Shown: positions 7,697 through 16,710 of the stretch, piece by piece
Layout of the letters: each line of letters opens with the position of its first letter
Position numbering within the stretch: the first letter of the stretch is position 1
From: an uncultured virus (IMG/VR IMGVR_UViG_3300042868_003000)
Lineage: Duplodnaviria > Heunggongvirae > Uroviricota > Caudoviricetes
Virus record (IMG/VR): IMGVR_UViG_3300042868_003000
Direction: 5' to 3' (one strand)
Length of the DNA: 20,000 nt
Notes under the pieces: model-generated
The model's database searches: none
Told to the model about the DNA's origin: nothing
The model's input: only the letters and a program-made list of their open reading frames with translations
Position numbers and translations under genes: made by a program

Positions 7697-8902
7697 TTAC
7701 TCCGTTAGTAATGAATAATCATTAATTGTGAATCTTCGAACACTGCTTCCGTCAACGTAAGTTGTGTGTGCTCCGTATATATTTTCAGGAATTTTATATA
7801 ATCCATAAATTACAGACAATACGTTGCCGTTATCTTCATGATTAATAAACACTGGATTTTCTATTACAACTACAGAACCATTTTCATTAAATTTTCTTAA
7901 TGGTGGTGTACTGACCAGGCTCATGGCGGCCTGTGAGCCATAAGAATTGGTTGTGAACTTATATCTATAAGGTATAATTCCACCGAAATATTCAGATTCT
8001 AAATCAATACCTGCCATTAATGCATCAGCCGTATATATCCTTGATACGCCATTTTTACCAATGTCAAAAATACCAATAGATGTTGCATTGTAAGGACTAC
8101 TTATAACAAGCATTTTACTACTTACAATAATGTCGATACCTTGTTGTAGACCATAAGCATTAAATGTGTTTGGTAATATGTTGGCACTTACAGGTCTAAA
8201 AACTTGCCAGTAAGTAAATCCCCATATCTGGTTCATCTCATTTGATGCTGACATGGTATAAGTGCCGGTTGATCCAGCTGTGCCAGTAATTTGTGATGAG
8301 ATTGTTGTAGATGGAGAAACACTGTTTGGGTCATAAGAATTTGCGCCACTATTTCCTAGTGCATATTGACCACTTTTTGGAAACAATAAACTCATGTCGT
8401 TGTTCATGTTGGCGCCTGCGGTTCCAGTAGAATAATATCTATCATAATTTGGACCGATTATATCACCAACAGCCAGTGTGTATCCAAGCTTTAAATTGGT
8501 AACAGCGTTAACTGTCATTGTTGTACCAGAAAATTTTGCTTGTATGTATCCAATAGATTCATACTTTACTACTTCTCTGGAATTAATTAGAGTATCGGTA
8601 CCAGATGTGTATGAGTTTGCAAGTGTTATGGTTGTTAATTTTGTTGCATCATAAGATAATCTAATGTAATCTGTTTGGTCACCATAGTCGTTGTGTATTT
8701 TACTGTAGGTGTCCGAGCCAGCAGCAGTTCCTACCCTAGCAAATTTTGCCGAAGGATATGTTCCATAGAACACTGTGTTTGCTGTGTCACAACCTACACT
8801 TAAATGTGCTGTCGTATTGGCCAAACCTCTAATGATATTATCTATATCAGTTCTCATGGTGGTAACGTTAGCCGTACTGTTCATTCTATATCTAACTAAC
8901 AT
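7697..8902 (-). CDS. Hypothetical virion structural protein with an inserted SGTTMTV...GTYT small beta module
   Basis: 401 aa, AGGAG SD, TAATG overlap with the upstream gene. The internal segment FSGTTMTVNAV...LAVGD...TISSQITGTAGSTGTYTMS resembles a module common in phage tail proteins. Confidence 0.7.
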   Translation of the reverse strand: MLVRYRMNSTANVTTMRTDIDNIIRGLANTTAHLSVGCDTANTVFYGTYPSAKFARVGTAAGSDTYSKIHNDYGDQTDYIRLSYDATKLTTITLANSYTSGTDTLINSREVVKYESIGYIQAKFSGTTMTVNAVTNLKLGYTLAVGDIIGPNYDRYYSTGTAGANMNNDMSLLFPKSGQYALGNSGANSYDPNSVSPSTTISSQITGTAGSTGTYTMSASNEMNQIWGFTYWQVFRPVSANILPNTFNAYGLQQGIDIIVSSKMLVISSPYNATSIGIFDIGKNGVSRIYTADALMAGIDLESEYFGGIIPYRYKFTTNSYGSQAAMSLVSTPPLRKFNENGSVVVIENPVFINHEDNGNVLSVIYGLYKIPENIYGAHTTYVDGSSVRRFTINDYSLLTE

Positions 8903-9216
8903 TACTGGTCTCCTTGTGATACTGATTGTACTTCTGTATTGGCGTCAGGTACTGGATCAGGAATTATTGGTTCTTGATAACTTAAATCTGCGACCTGAAT
9001 AAATTTTACAGACTCTAAATTTTCAAAACTATGAAAATAATATTTGCCACCTGGCACTTGAGTAACGACAGTTTGTATTTGTCCGTCACCATGTTCGGCC
9101 ACAAATTGTTCAGTAATATATTCTAAAGGTGATTCACCATTAGGAATAGTACCTATAAATTCATAGACATAACCTGAATAAATTGAAAAAATTTGTTTAA
9201 AATAGTAATTTGTCAT
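8902..9216 (-). CDS. Small acidic hypothetical protein (104 aa)
   Basis: Start moved from 9276 to the ATG at 9216 (MTNYYFKQ...), because the longer start overlaps the upstream gene by 50 nt and a promoter motif lies at 9224-9230. Confidence 0.7.
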   Translation of the reverse strand: MTNYYFKQIFSIYSGYVYEFIGTIPNGESPLEYITEQFVAEHGDGQIQTVVTQVPGGKYYFHSFENLESVKFIQVADLSYQEPIIPDPVPDANTEVQSVSQGDQ

Positions 9217-9223
9217 AGTCTTA

Positions 9224-9230
9224 TATTTAG
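9224..9230 (-). promoter_or_regulatory. T4 late-type promoter motif (CTAAATA)
   Basis: CCTAAATA overlaps the upstream TAA stop, 7 nt before the ATG at 9216. Confidence 0.5.
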
Positions 9231-10813
9231 GTGTTTGTATATTTAATTCTAACGAATAAGTCTGTTGCGGATGCACCGTTCACATCTAATGTTAGATAAT
9301 CGGTAGTCGCCAAACTTACACTTATATTTGCCGGAGTCATAACAGTTTCATTCTGTATAATGGTAAATGTATTACCTATACTAGTTCCATTTTTCTTAAT
9401 GATGTAAGTAAAGTTACCACCACTGGCTGCTGTTGATAGATTTGCATAGACTGTACTTAATGTCATAGCTCTAGGTGGATAAAACCTACTGGTGCCTGTA
9501 TACGGTACAGTTATTACACCAGTCATTGTTAGACTGATATATGTATCTACGGATGAACCACCGCCACCAGTGTTGGCCGCATTGAAGGCTGCATTTGCAT
9601 GAACGAATGCTGCATTGGCAAATGTTGCACCAGAATTTGCGGTTACAAAAGAACCGTTAGCAAAACTTGCGGCTGAATTGGCAACAACAAATGAACCATT
9701 AGCAAATGAACCTGCTGAGTTTGCGGTATTATATGCGTTGTTTGCTTGAGTTCTTACCCATGAATCTGTACCACCAGTATTTGCTTGATTAAAGGCCGCA
9801 TTAGCTGTATCAAAAGCATTATTGGCTTGAGTTCTTACCCATGAATCTGTAGAATTATTGGCAGCTGTGAACGCAGCATTAGCTTGTGTAAAGGCCGCAT
9901 TAGCTTGATTAAATGCAATTACTGTAGGTTGGTCAATTACAATATTTCCAACCATTCCAGAATGAACGGAACATTGGTACACATAAGTTGAACCAACTAT
10001 ATCGTAAGGAACTTTCCAATATAAAATTCCAGTAATTTTTCCTTGAGCTGAAGATCCTGTACTTAATGTTCCGTCTGTAGATATATGAGTTAGACCCGTG
10101 TCGTAATTGGATCCTCCTGATGACAATCGAACCATAAATGGATGGCCAGAAACATTAAGATTAAATGCAATTGTTTCACCAGCACGAATATAAATTGTTG
10201 GATTATTACCTGAATACTGGTCAATACTATAGTACATACCAGGAGCTGTAACCATCAACTTAGTTACAGCACTTGTATAATTTGAATTGGCTTGAATGAA
10301 GGCTGCATTGGCTGTTATGAAGGCACCGTTAGCAAATGAGGCCGCCGAGTTTGCAACTACAAAGGCACCATTAGCAAATGAAGCACCAGTATTTGCAACA
10401 CCATAACCAGAATTAGCTCTATCGAAAGCACCGTTGGCAAACACAGCAGCTGCATTGGCTGTTACAAAGGCACCGTTAGCAAATGAGGCTGCTGAATTAG
10501 CAACAACAAATGAACCATTAGCAAATGATGCACCAGTGTTTGCTTGGTCATAACCAGAATTGGCTCTTAAGAAAGAACCATTTGCAAACGTTGCACCGGA
10601 ATTTGCCTTGTCATATGCATTATTAGCTTGTGTTCTTACCCAAGTATCCGTGGAGTTATTTGCTTGAGCATAAGCCGCATTAGCATGTGCAAAGGCACCA
10701 TTAGCAAATGAACCAGAAGAATTTGCCTGTGAAAAAGCCGCATTAGCCTGTACAAATGCATCGTTTGCAGTTGTATCATCTATAATAAACGGTTTGATTT
10801 TTAATAAAGACAT
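9227..10813 (-). CDS. Ala-Asn heptad-repeat fibre protein with an internal cupredoxin-like domain and a C-terminal beta domain
   Basis: 528 aa. Two blocks of ANGAFxx/ANSAASF repeats flank a ~110-aa globular insert (NPTIYIRAGETIAF, GHPF, YQCSVHSGMVGNIVI). A ~105-aa non-repetitive C-terminal domain follows a GGGG linker. Confidence 0.85.
   Translation of the reverse strand: MSLLKIKPFIIDDTTANDAFVQANAAFSQANSSGSFANGAFAHANAAYAQANNSTDTWVRTQANNAYDKANSGATFANGSFLRANSGYDQANTGASFANGSFVVANSAASFANGAFVTANAAAVFANGAFDRANSGYGVANTGASFANGAFVVANSAASFANGAFITANAAFIQANSNYTSAVTKLMVTAPGMYYSIDQYSGNNPTIYIRAGETIAFNLNVSGHPFMVRLSSGGSNYDTGLTHISTDGTLSTGSSAQGKITGILYWKVPYDIVGSTYVYQCSVHSGMVGNIVIDQPTVIAFNQANAAFTQANAAFTAANNSTDSWVRTQANNAFDTANAAFNQANTGGTDSWVRTQANNAYNTANSAGSFANGSFVVANSAASFANGSFVTANSGATFANAAFVHANAAFNAANTGGGGSSVDTYISLTMTGVITVPYTGTSRFYPPRAMTLSTVYANLSTAASGGNFTYIIKKNGTSIGNTFTIIQNETVMTPANISVSLATTDYLTLDVNGASATDLFVRIKYTNT
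9744..9851. repeat. Exact 27-bp direct repeat with 81-bp period (9744-9770 and 9825-9851)
   Basis: gcttgagttcttacccatgaatctgta occurs twice and encodes TDSWVRTQA. Confidence 0.9.
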
Positions 10814-10837
10814 TTTCTTTTTGCTATAGTTATTCTA

Positions 10838-10844
10838 TATTTAG
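10838..10844 (-). promoter_or_regulatory. T4 late-type promoter motif (CTAAATA)
   Basis: ACTAAATA lies 24 nt upstream of the ATG at 10813, in a 60-bp intergenic gap. Confidence 0.65.
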
Positions 10845-10873
10845 TAGTGTGTTTAAACCGCTGGGCCACTATA

Positions 10874-13800
10874 TTATTTGGTAGTGAAGGCACTGGTTGG
10901 TGCAGTAAAGTTGCTTGTATATCGTGCGTATCCTTTTGTGATTCTTAGGTCGTCTATGTAACCGGTCATATTTTCATATCCCGATAATGGTAACCCTGAA
11001 CCACCACCAATATTAATTGCTGCAAAATTAATGTTACCCGGCGTGCCGCCAGCAGCACTAGCAATACTAGTACCATTAAAATACATATTAACAGTTGCGC
11101 CGTTTCTAACGAGTGCGATATGTGTCCATTGATTTATTAATGCTCCATTATAAGTTCCTGCAAAGTCTGCGCCACCAACTTTTGCATATATGGGTGTACT
11201 ACTTGAACCAATATAGTCAGTTGCAAGACTTACTTCGCTTCCACTCGTACCGTTATCTTTACTGGATAATATTATCATAGCAGCACCTAATTTGGTTGGG
11301 TAGAACCACAATTCAATGGTGAAATTACCTGTGCCAAATCTGATTGAATCTATATTATATGATTTTAGGTAACCCGTACCTCCAAAATACATACTACTGT
11401 TATTATACTTTTTAACCGCAGTGCTTATTTGTGCATTACCAACTGTCTCTAACACATTACTAGAATGTTGGTCAATGATACCTGCATTGGTGAAGTTCAA
11501 CAATAAACTTGTATTTGTTATTGCTGTTAGTGGAGATGTCGGTGGGGTAAAGTTTGTTGTATAACGTGCAGTACCATTAATTATACGATGGTTGGAAATA
11601 TAACCTATAAATCCACCTCTATTATTAGTACCACCTGAGACTGATGCGAACATACCAATAACCCATCTCGCAGCCGTGAATGATGTGCTATCCGTAAAAC
11701 TAGCACCCTGAACACCATTTACAAAAATCTTTATAGTAGAACCACTGCGTGAATAAGCAATATGATTCCACATACCAACATTAGCTGGAATAGTTGAAGC
11801 GGTTGATGTATTTGTTCCTGCATTATAGAAACTAGGATATGATCCAGTACTATTCACGGAAAGCGTAAGTCGATTATTTTCTGTAGCGTTTGATTGGTCT
11901 CTTGTGTCCACCAAACAAGTGGCGCCAACTGCATCTCCGCCAGTCCAACTTGTATTAGTACCATATATCCACATTTCAACTGTGAAATCACCAGTCATAT
12001 TTACCGATGCACTCGAACCTGCATTAATATAGTCGCCTGTACCATCAAAGTATGCACTGCCACCATGTAAACTTGGAGTATAACTTGCTGAACTCTGTGC
12101 GGTGTATCCGAATGGATTATCTATAAAAATATTCTGTGTTCCTGACACACCTAAACTTCTTGCAGAAGATGAGTTGTCTATTAGTGTAGGATTTTGAAAC
12201 GTTAATACTTTTGTATTTGTTATATTAGTTAATGGTGTGCTTGGTGGAGTAAAATTGCTTGTATATACTGCTGTACCATTAACAATTCTAAAGTTTGATA
12301 GTTTACCACTAAGATATCTACCCGCACTTTGATTACCATAACCAATATCATATGTTAGATTTTGGTTAGAATAGTCTGTACTATTTGCTACTGTGCCTAC
12401 ACTCGTACCATCAAAATATATTGTGATTGTTCCTGAATTGCGTACCACAGCAACATGATGCCAAGCGTTATTCAATATAGAAGAAGCACTGACAGTAAGT
12501 ATACCTGCTTGACCATATTGGTTTTGAAGAATTAAATTACCACTAGCGATAATAAGTGCTAAACCAACACCAGTTTCAGGTGCAATCATTTCCCAACTTG
12601 TATCATCTGTTTTTGTCCAAAATTCAACTGTATAGTTTCCTGATCCAAACAGACTATCAGCTGAAGTACTTGGCACAGTTACATAACTAGAACCATTTAG
12701 ATATGTACTATAACTTATTGGTACTGCTTCGGGTACGCTACCGAATGGACTGAAGGCTTGAACTGAAACATTACCTGCTCTAGTTAATGTAAAATTGTTT
12801 ATTGAGTTATCAATTAATCTATTACTCTGGCATGTCAATAAACTTGTGTTTGCAATTGCGGTTAGTGGTGTTGTACTTGGGGTGAAGGCTGATGTGTATA
12901 ATGCAGTACCTACTAATAATCTAACATTGCTGATGTATCCAGTAAACTTACCATCTACTGTTTCTGTTGCATCATATCCTATATAAAAATAATTTGTAAC
13001 AGAACTAGTAATACTCCATCCAGCCACTTGCCCAACTTGCGTTCCGTTAATATATATGGTGCCGGTACTGCCTGACAAAGTAAACGCAAGATGTGTCCAT
13101 GTGTTTAGTGGAACTAGGGTTGAACCAGAACCAATATTAGGGGCACCACCTTTTGGAATACTTACACCAAATACTCTACCTGTGGATATTTCAAAGTTTA
13201 AACTAGATAGAGCATCGTTTGGGCCTATAGTAATCAATCGATTGGTCACGGACGGAGCAGCAGTCATATAAACCCAACATTCTAGTGTAATGTTAGCGCC
13301 GGTTAAATTGAAAACAGGAGATGTTGCTGTCGTCAACCTATTAGTTCCACCATCAAAATAATTACTCCAACCCGTCACACTATAAGGACTAAATGTACCT
13401 TGACTTGTATTACCATTTCTTGTGATAGTGAAATTATTGTTACTTGAGTCTATGAATACATTATTGTTTGAACCATTGTTTGCCGAAGTGCCTTCACCAT
13501 TCAATAACAATGTTGTATTCTTAAAAAATGCGTCACTAGAAACACTAACCACCCATGTAAATGTTCTTGTTGCTGTTCTATTTGTATTTGCAGCTGTGGC
13601 TGTTATGACACTTATCGTATTACCAAGAACAGTTGGAGTTCCTGTTACATTAGAACCACTTATAGTTACTCCAGTTGGTAATGCATTTGCGGTATATGCA
13701 ATAGATTGTCCGGCCACACTAGTTGCACTTAGTGTAACATTCGACATTGCTGTGTCCTGAAACAATTCAGTAACTGTTCCATCAGCAGGCGAACTCCATG

Positions 13801-14416
13801 TAACAACATCTGGATTGATTGTTATACTAAATGTACGGTCTGTATCCTGATTCTGTGCGTCAGTTGCACGAATTGTGAATGTGTATGTTGTTGAACTTGC
13901 AGTTGCTTGTGTTGTACCTGATAACAAACCTGTTGAAGTATTCAAAGAACTTCCAGGTGGCAACGTACCAGAATAAACACTGTATGTTATTGCTGCATCT
14001 CCTGTGGCTGTTAATTGTGTACTTAACGCAGCAGTTTCATATACTGTTGCTAGACTTCCAGCAGTGTTACTCCATGATGGTGTGCCACTATAACTAATAC
14101 CAGGAATAGCTATGGCAGTACCACCATCTGTATTAACAACATACAATGGATATGTACCGCCACTATTTGCTGGTGCTGTGAATGTTATAGATGTATTGCT
14201 TACTACAGTAACAACACCTGCATATGATCCATCAACTATAACAGATGCACCGGCAATAAAACCACTACCAGTCAAAGTGATTGTTTGACCGCCTGCTGTT
14301 GTTGCCGCAGTGTCATCTCCAGGATAAGTTATGCTGGTAATTTTTGGAATACTAACAGAAGCTAGAGATGCTAACGTTGATGTTTGTATATTGTCTGTTG
14401 AAATCTTGAGTGTCAT
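10874..14416 (-). CDS. IPT/TIG + two He_PIG (Ig-like) + four LamG/concanavalin-A-like domain protein, putative lectin-like adhesin
   Basis: 1180 aa. IPT motif GGQTITLTGSGF...VVNTDGG; He_PIG motifs GTLPPGSSLNTSTGLLSGT and ALPTGVTISG; four LamG units, each with T(L/V/I)ExW and WxH(L/V/I)A plus a closing G(Y/K)(I/L)(S/D)(N/D)xR motif. Confidence 0.9.
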   Translation of the reverse strand: MTLKISTDNIQTSTLASLASVSIPKITSITYPGDDTAATTAGGQTITLTGSGFIAGASVIVDGSYAGVVTVVSNTSITFTAPANSGGTYPLYVVNTDGGTAIAIPGISYSGTPSWSNTAGSLATVYETAALSTQLTATGDAAITYSVYSGTLPPGSSLNTSTGLLSGTTQATASSTTYTFTIRATDAQNQDTDRTFSITINPDVVTWSSPADGTVTELFQDTAMSNVTLSATSVAGQSIAYTANALPTGVTISGSNVTGTPTVLGNTISVITATAANTNRTATRTFTWVVSVSSDAFFKNTTLLLNGEGTSANNGSNNNVFIDSSNNNFTITRNGNTSQGTFSPYSVTGWSNYFDGGTNRLTTATSPVFNLTGANITLECWVYMTAAPSVTNRLITIGPNDALSSLNFEISTGRVFGVSIPKGGAPNIGSGSTLVPLNTWTHLAFTLSGSTGTIYINGTQVGQVAGWSITSSVTNYFYIGYDATETVDGKFTGYISNVRLLVGTALYTSAFTPSTTPLTAIANTSLLTCQSNRLIDNSINNFTLTRAGNVSVQAFSPFGSVPEAVPISYSTYLNGSSYVTVPSTSADSLFGSGNYTVEFWTKTDDTSWEMIAPETGVGLALIIASGNLILQNQYGQAGILTVSASSILNNAWHHVAVVRNSGTITIYFDGTSVGTVANSTDYSNQNLTYDIGYGNQSAGRYLSGKLSNFRIVNGTAVYTSNFTPPSTPLTNITNTKVLTFQNPTLIDNSSSARSLGVSGTQNIFIDNPFGYTAQSSASYTPSLHGGSAYFDGTGDYINAGSSASVNMTGDFTVEMWIYGTNTSWTGGDAVGATCLVDTRDQSNATENNRLTLSVNSTGSYPSFYNAGTNTSTASTIPANVGMWNHIAYSRSGSTIKIFVNGVQGASFTDSTSFTAARWVIGMFASVSGGTNNRGGFIGYISNHRIINGTARYTTNFTPPTSPLTAITNTSLLLNFTNAGIIDQHSSNVLETVGNAQISTAVKKYNNSSMYFGGTGYLKSYNIDSIRFGTGNFTIELWFYPTKLGAAMIILSSKDNGTSGSEVSLATDYIGSSSTPIYAKVGGADFAGTYNGALINQWTHIALVRNGATVNMYFNGTSIASAAGGTPGNINFAAINIGGGSGLPLSGYENMTGYIDDLRITKGYARYTSNFTAPTSAFTTK

Positions 14417-14425
14417 ATTATTTTC

Positions 14426-15865
14426 TTAGAATGTGATACTACCGGATGAAGTGAATTTATAGACTCTATAACCACCGGCTACTGTTATGGTTGGACTACC
14501 TGTTGTTGAATATGCAGCTGCTGATGTATCTGCATAACGAAGTATCACTACACCAGAACCACCATTACCACCACGGCTACCACCGTTTGCTATGTCAGAT
14601 AGTCCGCCACCGCCACCGCCAGTATTAGTTGAACCGGAAACTCCGTGGCCATAACCATTGGCATAACTACCTTCGCCACCGCCGCCAAGTCCACCGGTGC
14701 CTTTTGTACCTCGGCCATCACCGCCGCCACCGCCAGCATAATAAGTTGAAGACCCTGTAATAGAGTATGCTAAACCAATACCGCCGTTGCCTGTGCTAGG
14801 GGTATTACCTTGTGCGCCAGCAGCTCCGGCGCCACCGCCGCCACCGCCGGTATAAGGAGATCCTGTTGGTCCGACACCACCGTTATTTCCTTGGCCAACC
14901 ACAGAACCTGTTGTTCCTGTATACTCACCGCCACCTGAACCACCAGACAAATCACCACCAGAACCATCATAACCACCGCCTCTGCCTCCAGCAAACGCAG
15001 TAAAACTTAATGCACCTCCTATAAAGCTAGTATTTGCTCCTTTTGTGTTTGTTCCGCCAGCCACTGTTCCATTACCACCTGCTCCTATAGTGACAGTGTA
15101 TGTAGTACCAGGAACAGCACTTCTTGCACTACCATTAGGTGTTTTAGGAGTTTCAGCACCATAATACAATAATCCGCCAGCACCGCCGCCACCGGCACCA
15201 CCATTACCGTATGCGGTTGCACCTCCAGGCCCTCCGCCAGCAACTAATAATAAATCTATCATTACAGGACCAGTGCTTTGAATACTAAAACTTCTACTTG
15301 TGGTTTGATTTTCACTATCAGTCGCAGTAATAGTAAAATTACTTGTTGCTTCTACTGTAGGTGTTCCTGTGATTTCTCCTGTACTACTGTTTAAACTTAA
15401 TCCAGTTGGTAAACTACCACTAGTTACACTGTATGCAATTGTTCCATCTCCTGTAGCACTAACATTTTGAGAGTATGCATTATTTAAAGAACCAGCAGCT
15501 AATGCACCACTTGATGTTACCCATGATGGTGCAGTACTGAATATAATTCCATTTGGTTTTACACCTGAACTGCCGTCAGTGTTGTAAACAAAAATGTGAT
15601 ATGAACCAATATTTTTGGAAGGACTGACGAATGTTAAACTTGATGAACTTACATAGGTTGTATTACAAATATTTGAATCAACATAAACAGTTGCACCACT
15701 GTTAAATCCACTACCAGTAACTGTAACTATTTCTGCACCACCTATATTTCCAGCAGTTGCACTATTTGGAAATGTTATTCCAGTTATCTTAACACCGCCA
15801 CCGCCAGAGGAAATGGCTGTTGCAACTGATGACTGTAAATTATTTAATGAAATTTTAGTTGTCAT
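14426..15865 (-). CDS. IPT/TIG + He_PIG + glycine-rich domain protein
   Basis: 479 aa. IPT and He_PIG motifs are followed by LLVAGGG...GGGAGG...YYAGGGGG...GGSGVVILRY...YKFTSSGSITF. Confidence 0.88.
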   Translation of the reverse strand: MTTKISLNNLQSSVATAISSGGGGVKITGITFPNSATAGNIGGAEIVTVTGSGFNSGATVYVDSNICNTTYVSSSSLTFVSPSKNIGSYHIFVYNTDGSSGVKPNGIIFSTAPSWVTSSGALAAGSLNNAYSQNVSATGDGTIAYSVTSGSLPTGLSLNSSTGEITGTPTVEATSNFTITATDSENQTTSRSFSIQSTGPVMIDLLLVAGGGPGGATAYGNGGAGGGGAGGLLYYGAETPKTPNGSARSAVPGTTYTVTIGAGGNGTVAGGTNTKGANTSFIGGALSFTAFAGGRGGGYDGSGGDLSGGSGGGEYTGTTGSVVGQGNNGGVGPTGSPYTGGGGGGAGAAGAQGNTPSTGNGGIGLAYSITGSSTYYAGGGGGDGRGTKGTGGLGGGGEGSYANGYGHGVSGSTNTGGGGGGLSDIANGGSRGGNGGSGVVILRYADTSAAAYSTTGSPTITVAGGYRVYKFTSSGSITF

Positions 15866-16710
15866 TTTTAATTAAATGTTATAGAACCTGAACTGGTGAA
15901 TTTATAAACTGTATATCCGGATCCCACTATAGTGTCAGGTGGAGTACCTGTTATTGAAACATTTCCGGCTGAGCCGTTAATCTTTAATATTACTACACCG
16001 GAACCACCGCTACCTGAATTGGTACCTGCTCCAGGTGATGCGGCTCCTCCACCGCCTGTATTGGTAACACCATTTGGATAGGATAATGATCCACCGCCAC
16101 CTAAACCGCCGGCGCCGCTTGACCCACCGCCGCCGCCACCTGCATAATATGTTGCTGTTCCGGTGATAGAACTAGACAATCCAATACCGCCGGCAGCCGA
16201 AGCGCCACTACCACCTGCTGCTCCTGCGCCTCCACCAGCACCGCCGTTGTCGCTGCTGCCGTTACCGCCATCATAACCCTGTCTTGGTGCATCTATATAA
16301 GTTGAGTCTGGATATACACCTTTACCTGCCAGAGAACTCTTGCCACCGCCACCACCTGAACCGCCATTGCCGCCAGCATCAGTTCCGTTTGTTGAACCTC
16401 GTCCGCCACCAATACTAGTTACTGTGGTAAATCCTGAACCAGATATAGATGAGTTGCCACCAATTGTAGGTGTAGTACCACCATATTCGGCTCTAGTACC
16501 ACCGGCACCAACTGTTATTGTATAAGTTATTCCGGATGAGATTCCAATACTAGAAGCAGTTAAGTATCCACCTGCACCTCCTCCACTACCATAACCTTGA
16601 GGAGGTGTCATTCCTCCTCCACCACCGCCGGCAACTACTAAGTAATCAATTGTAACATTCGTAGACTCTATACTGAAACTTCTACTTGTGGTTTGATTTT
16701 CACTATCAGT
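15288..16710. repeat. Exact 35-bp direct repeat (15288-15322 and 16676-16710)
   Basis: aaacttctacttgtggtttgattttcactatcagt occurs in both paralogues and encodes TDSENQTTSRSF. Confidence 0.95.

Noticed and set aside
10820..10873. Short palindromes (GTTTAAAC, TATAG/CTATA, TAGTG/CACTA) in the intergenic gap
   Set aside because: The stems are 5 bp or shorter, which is expected by chance in AT-rich DNA, and show no terminator geometry.
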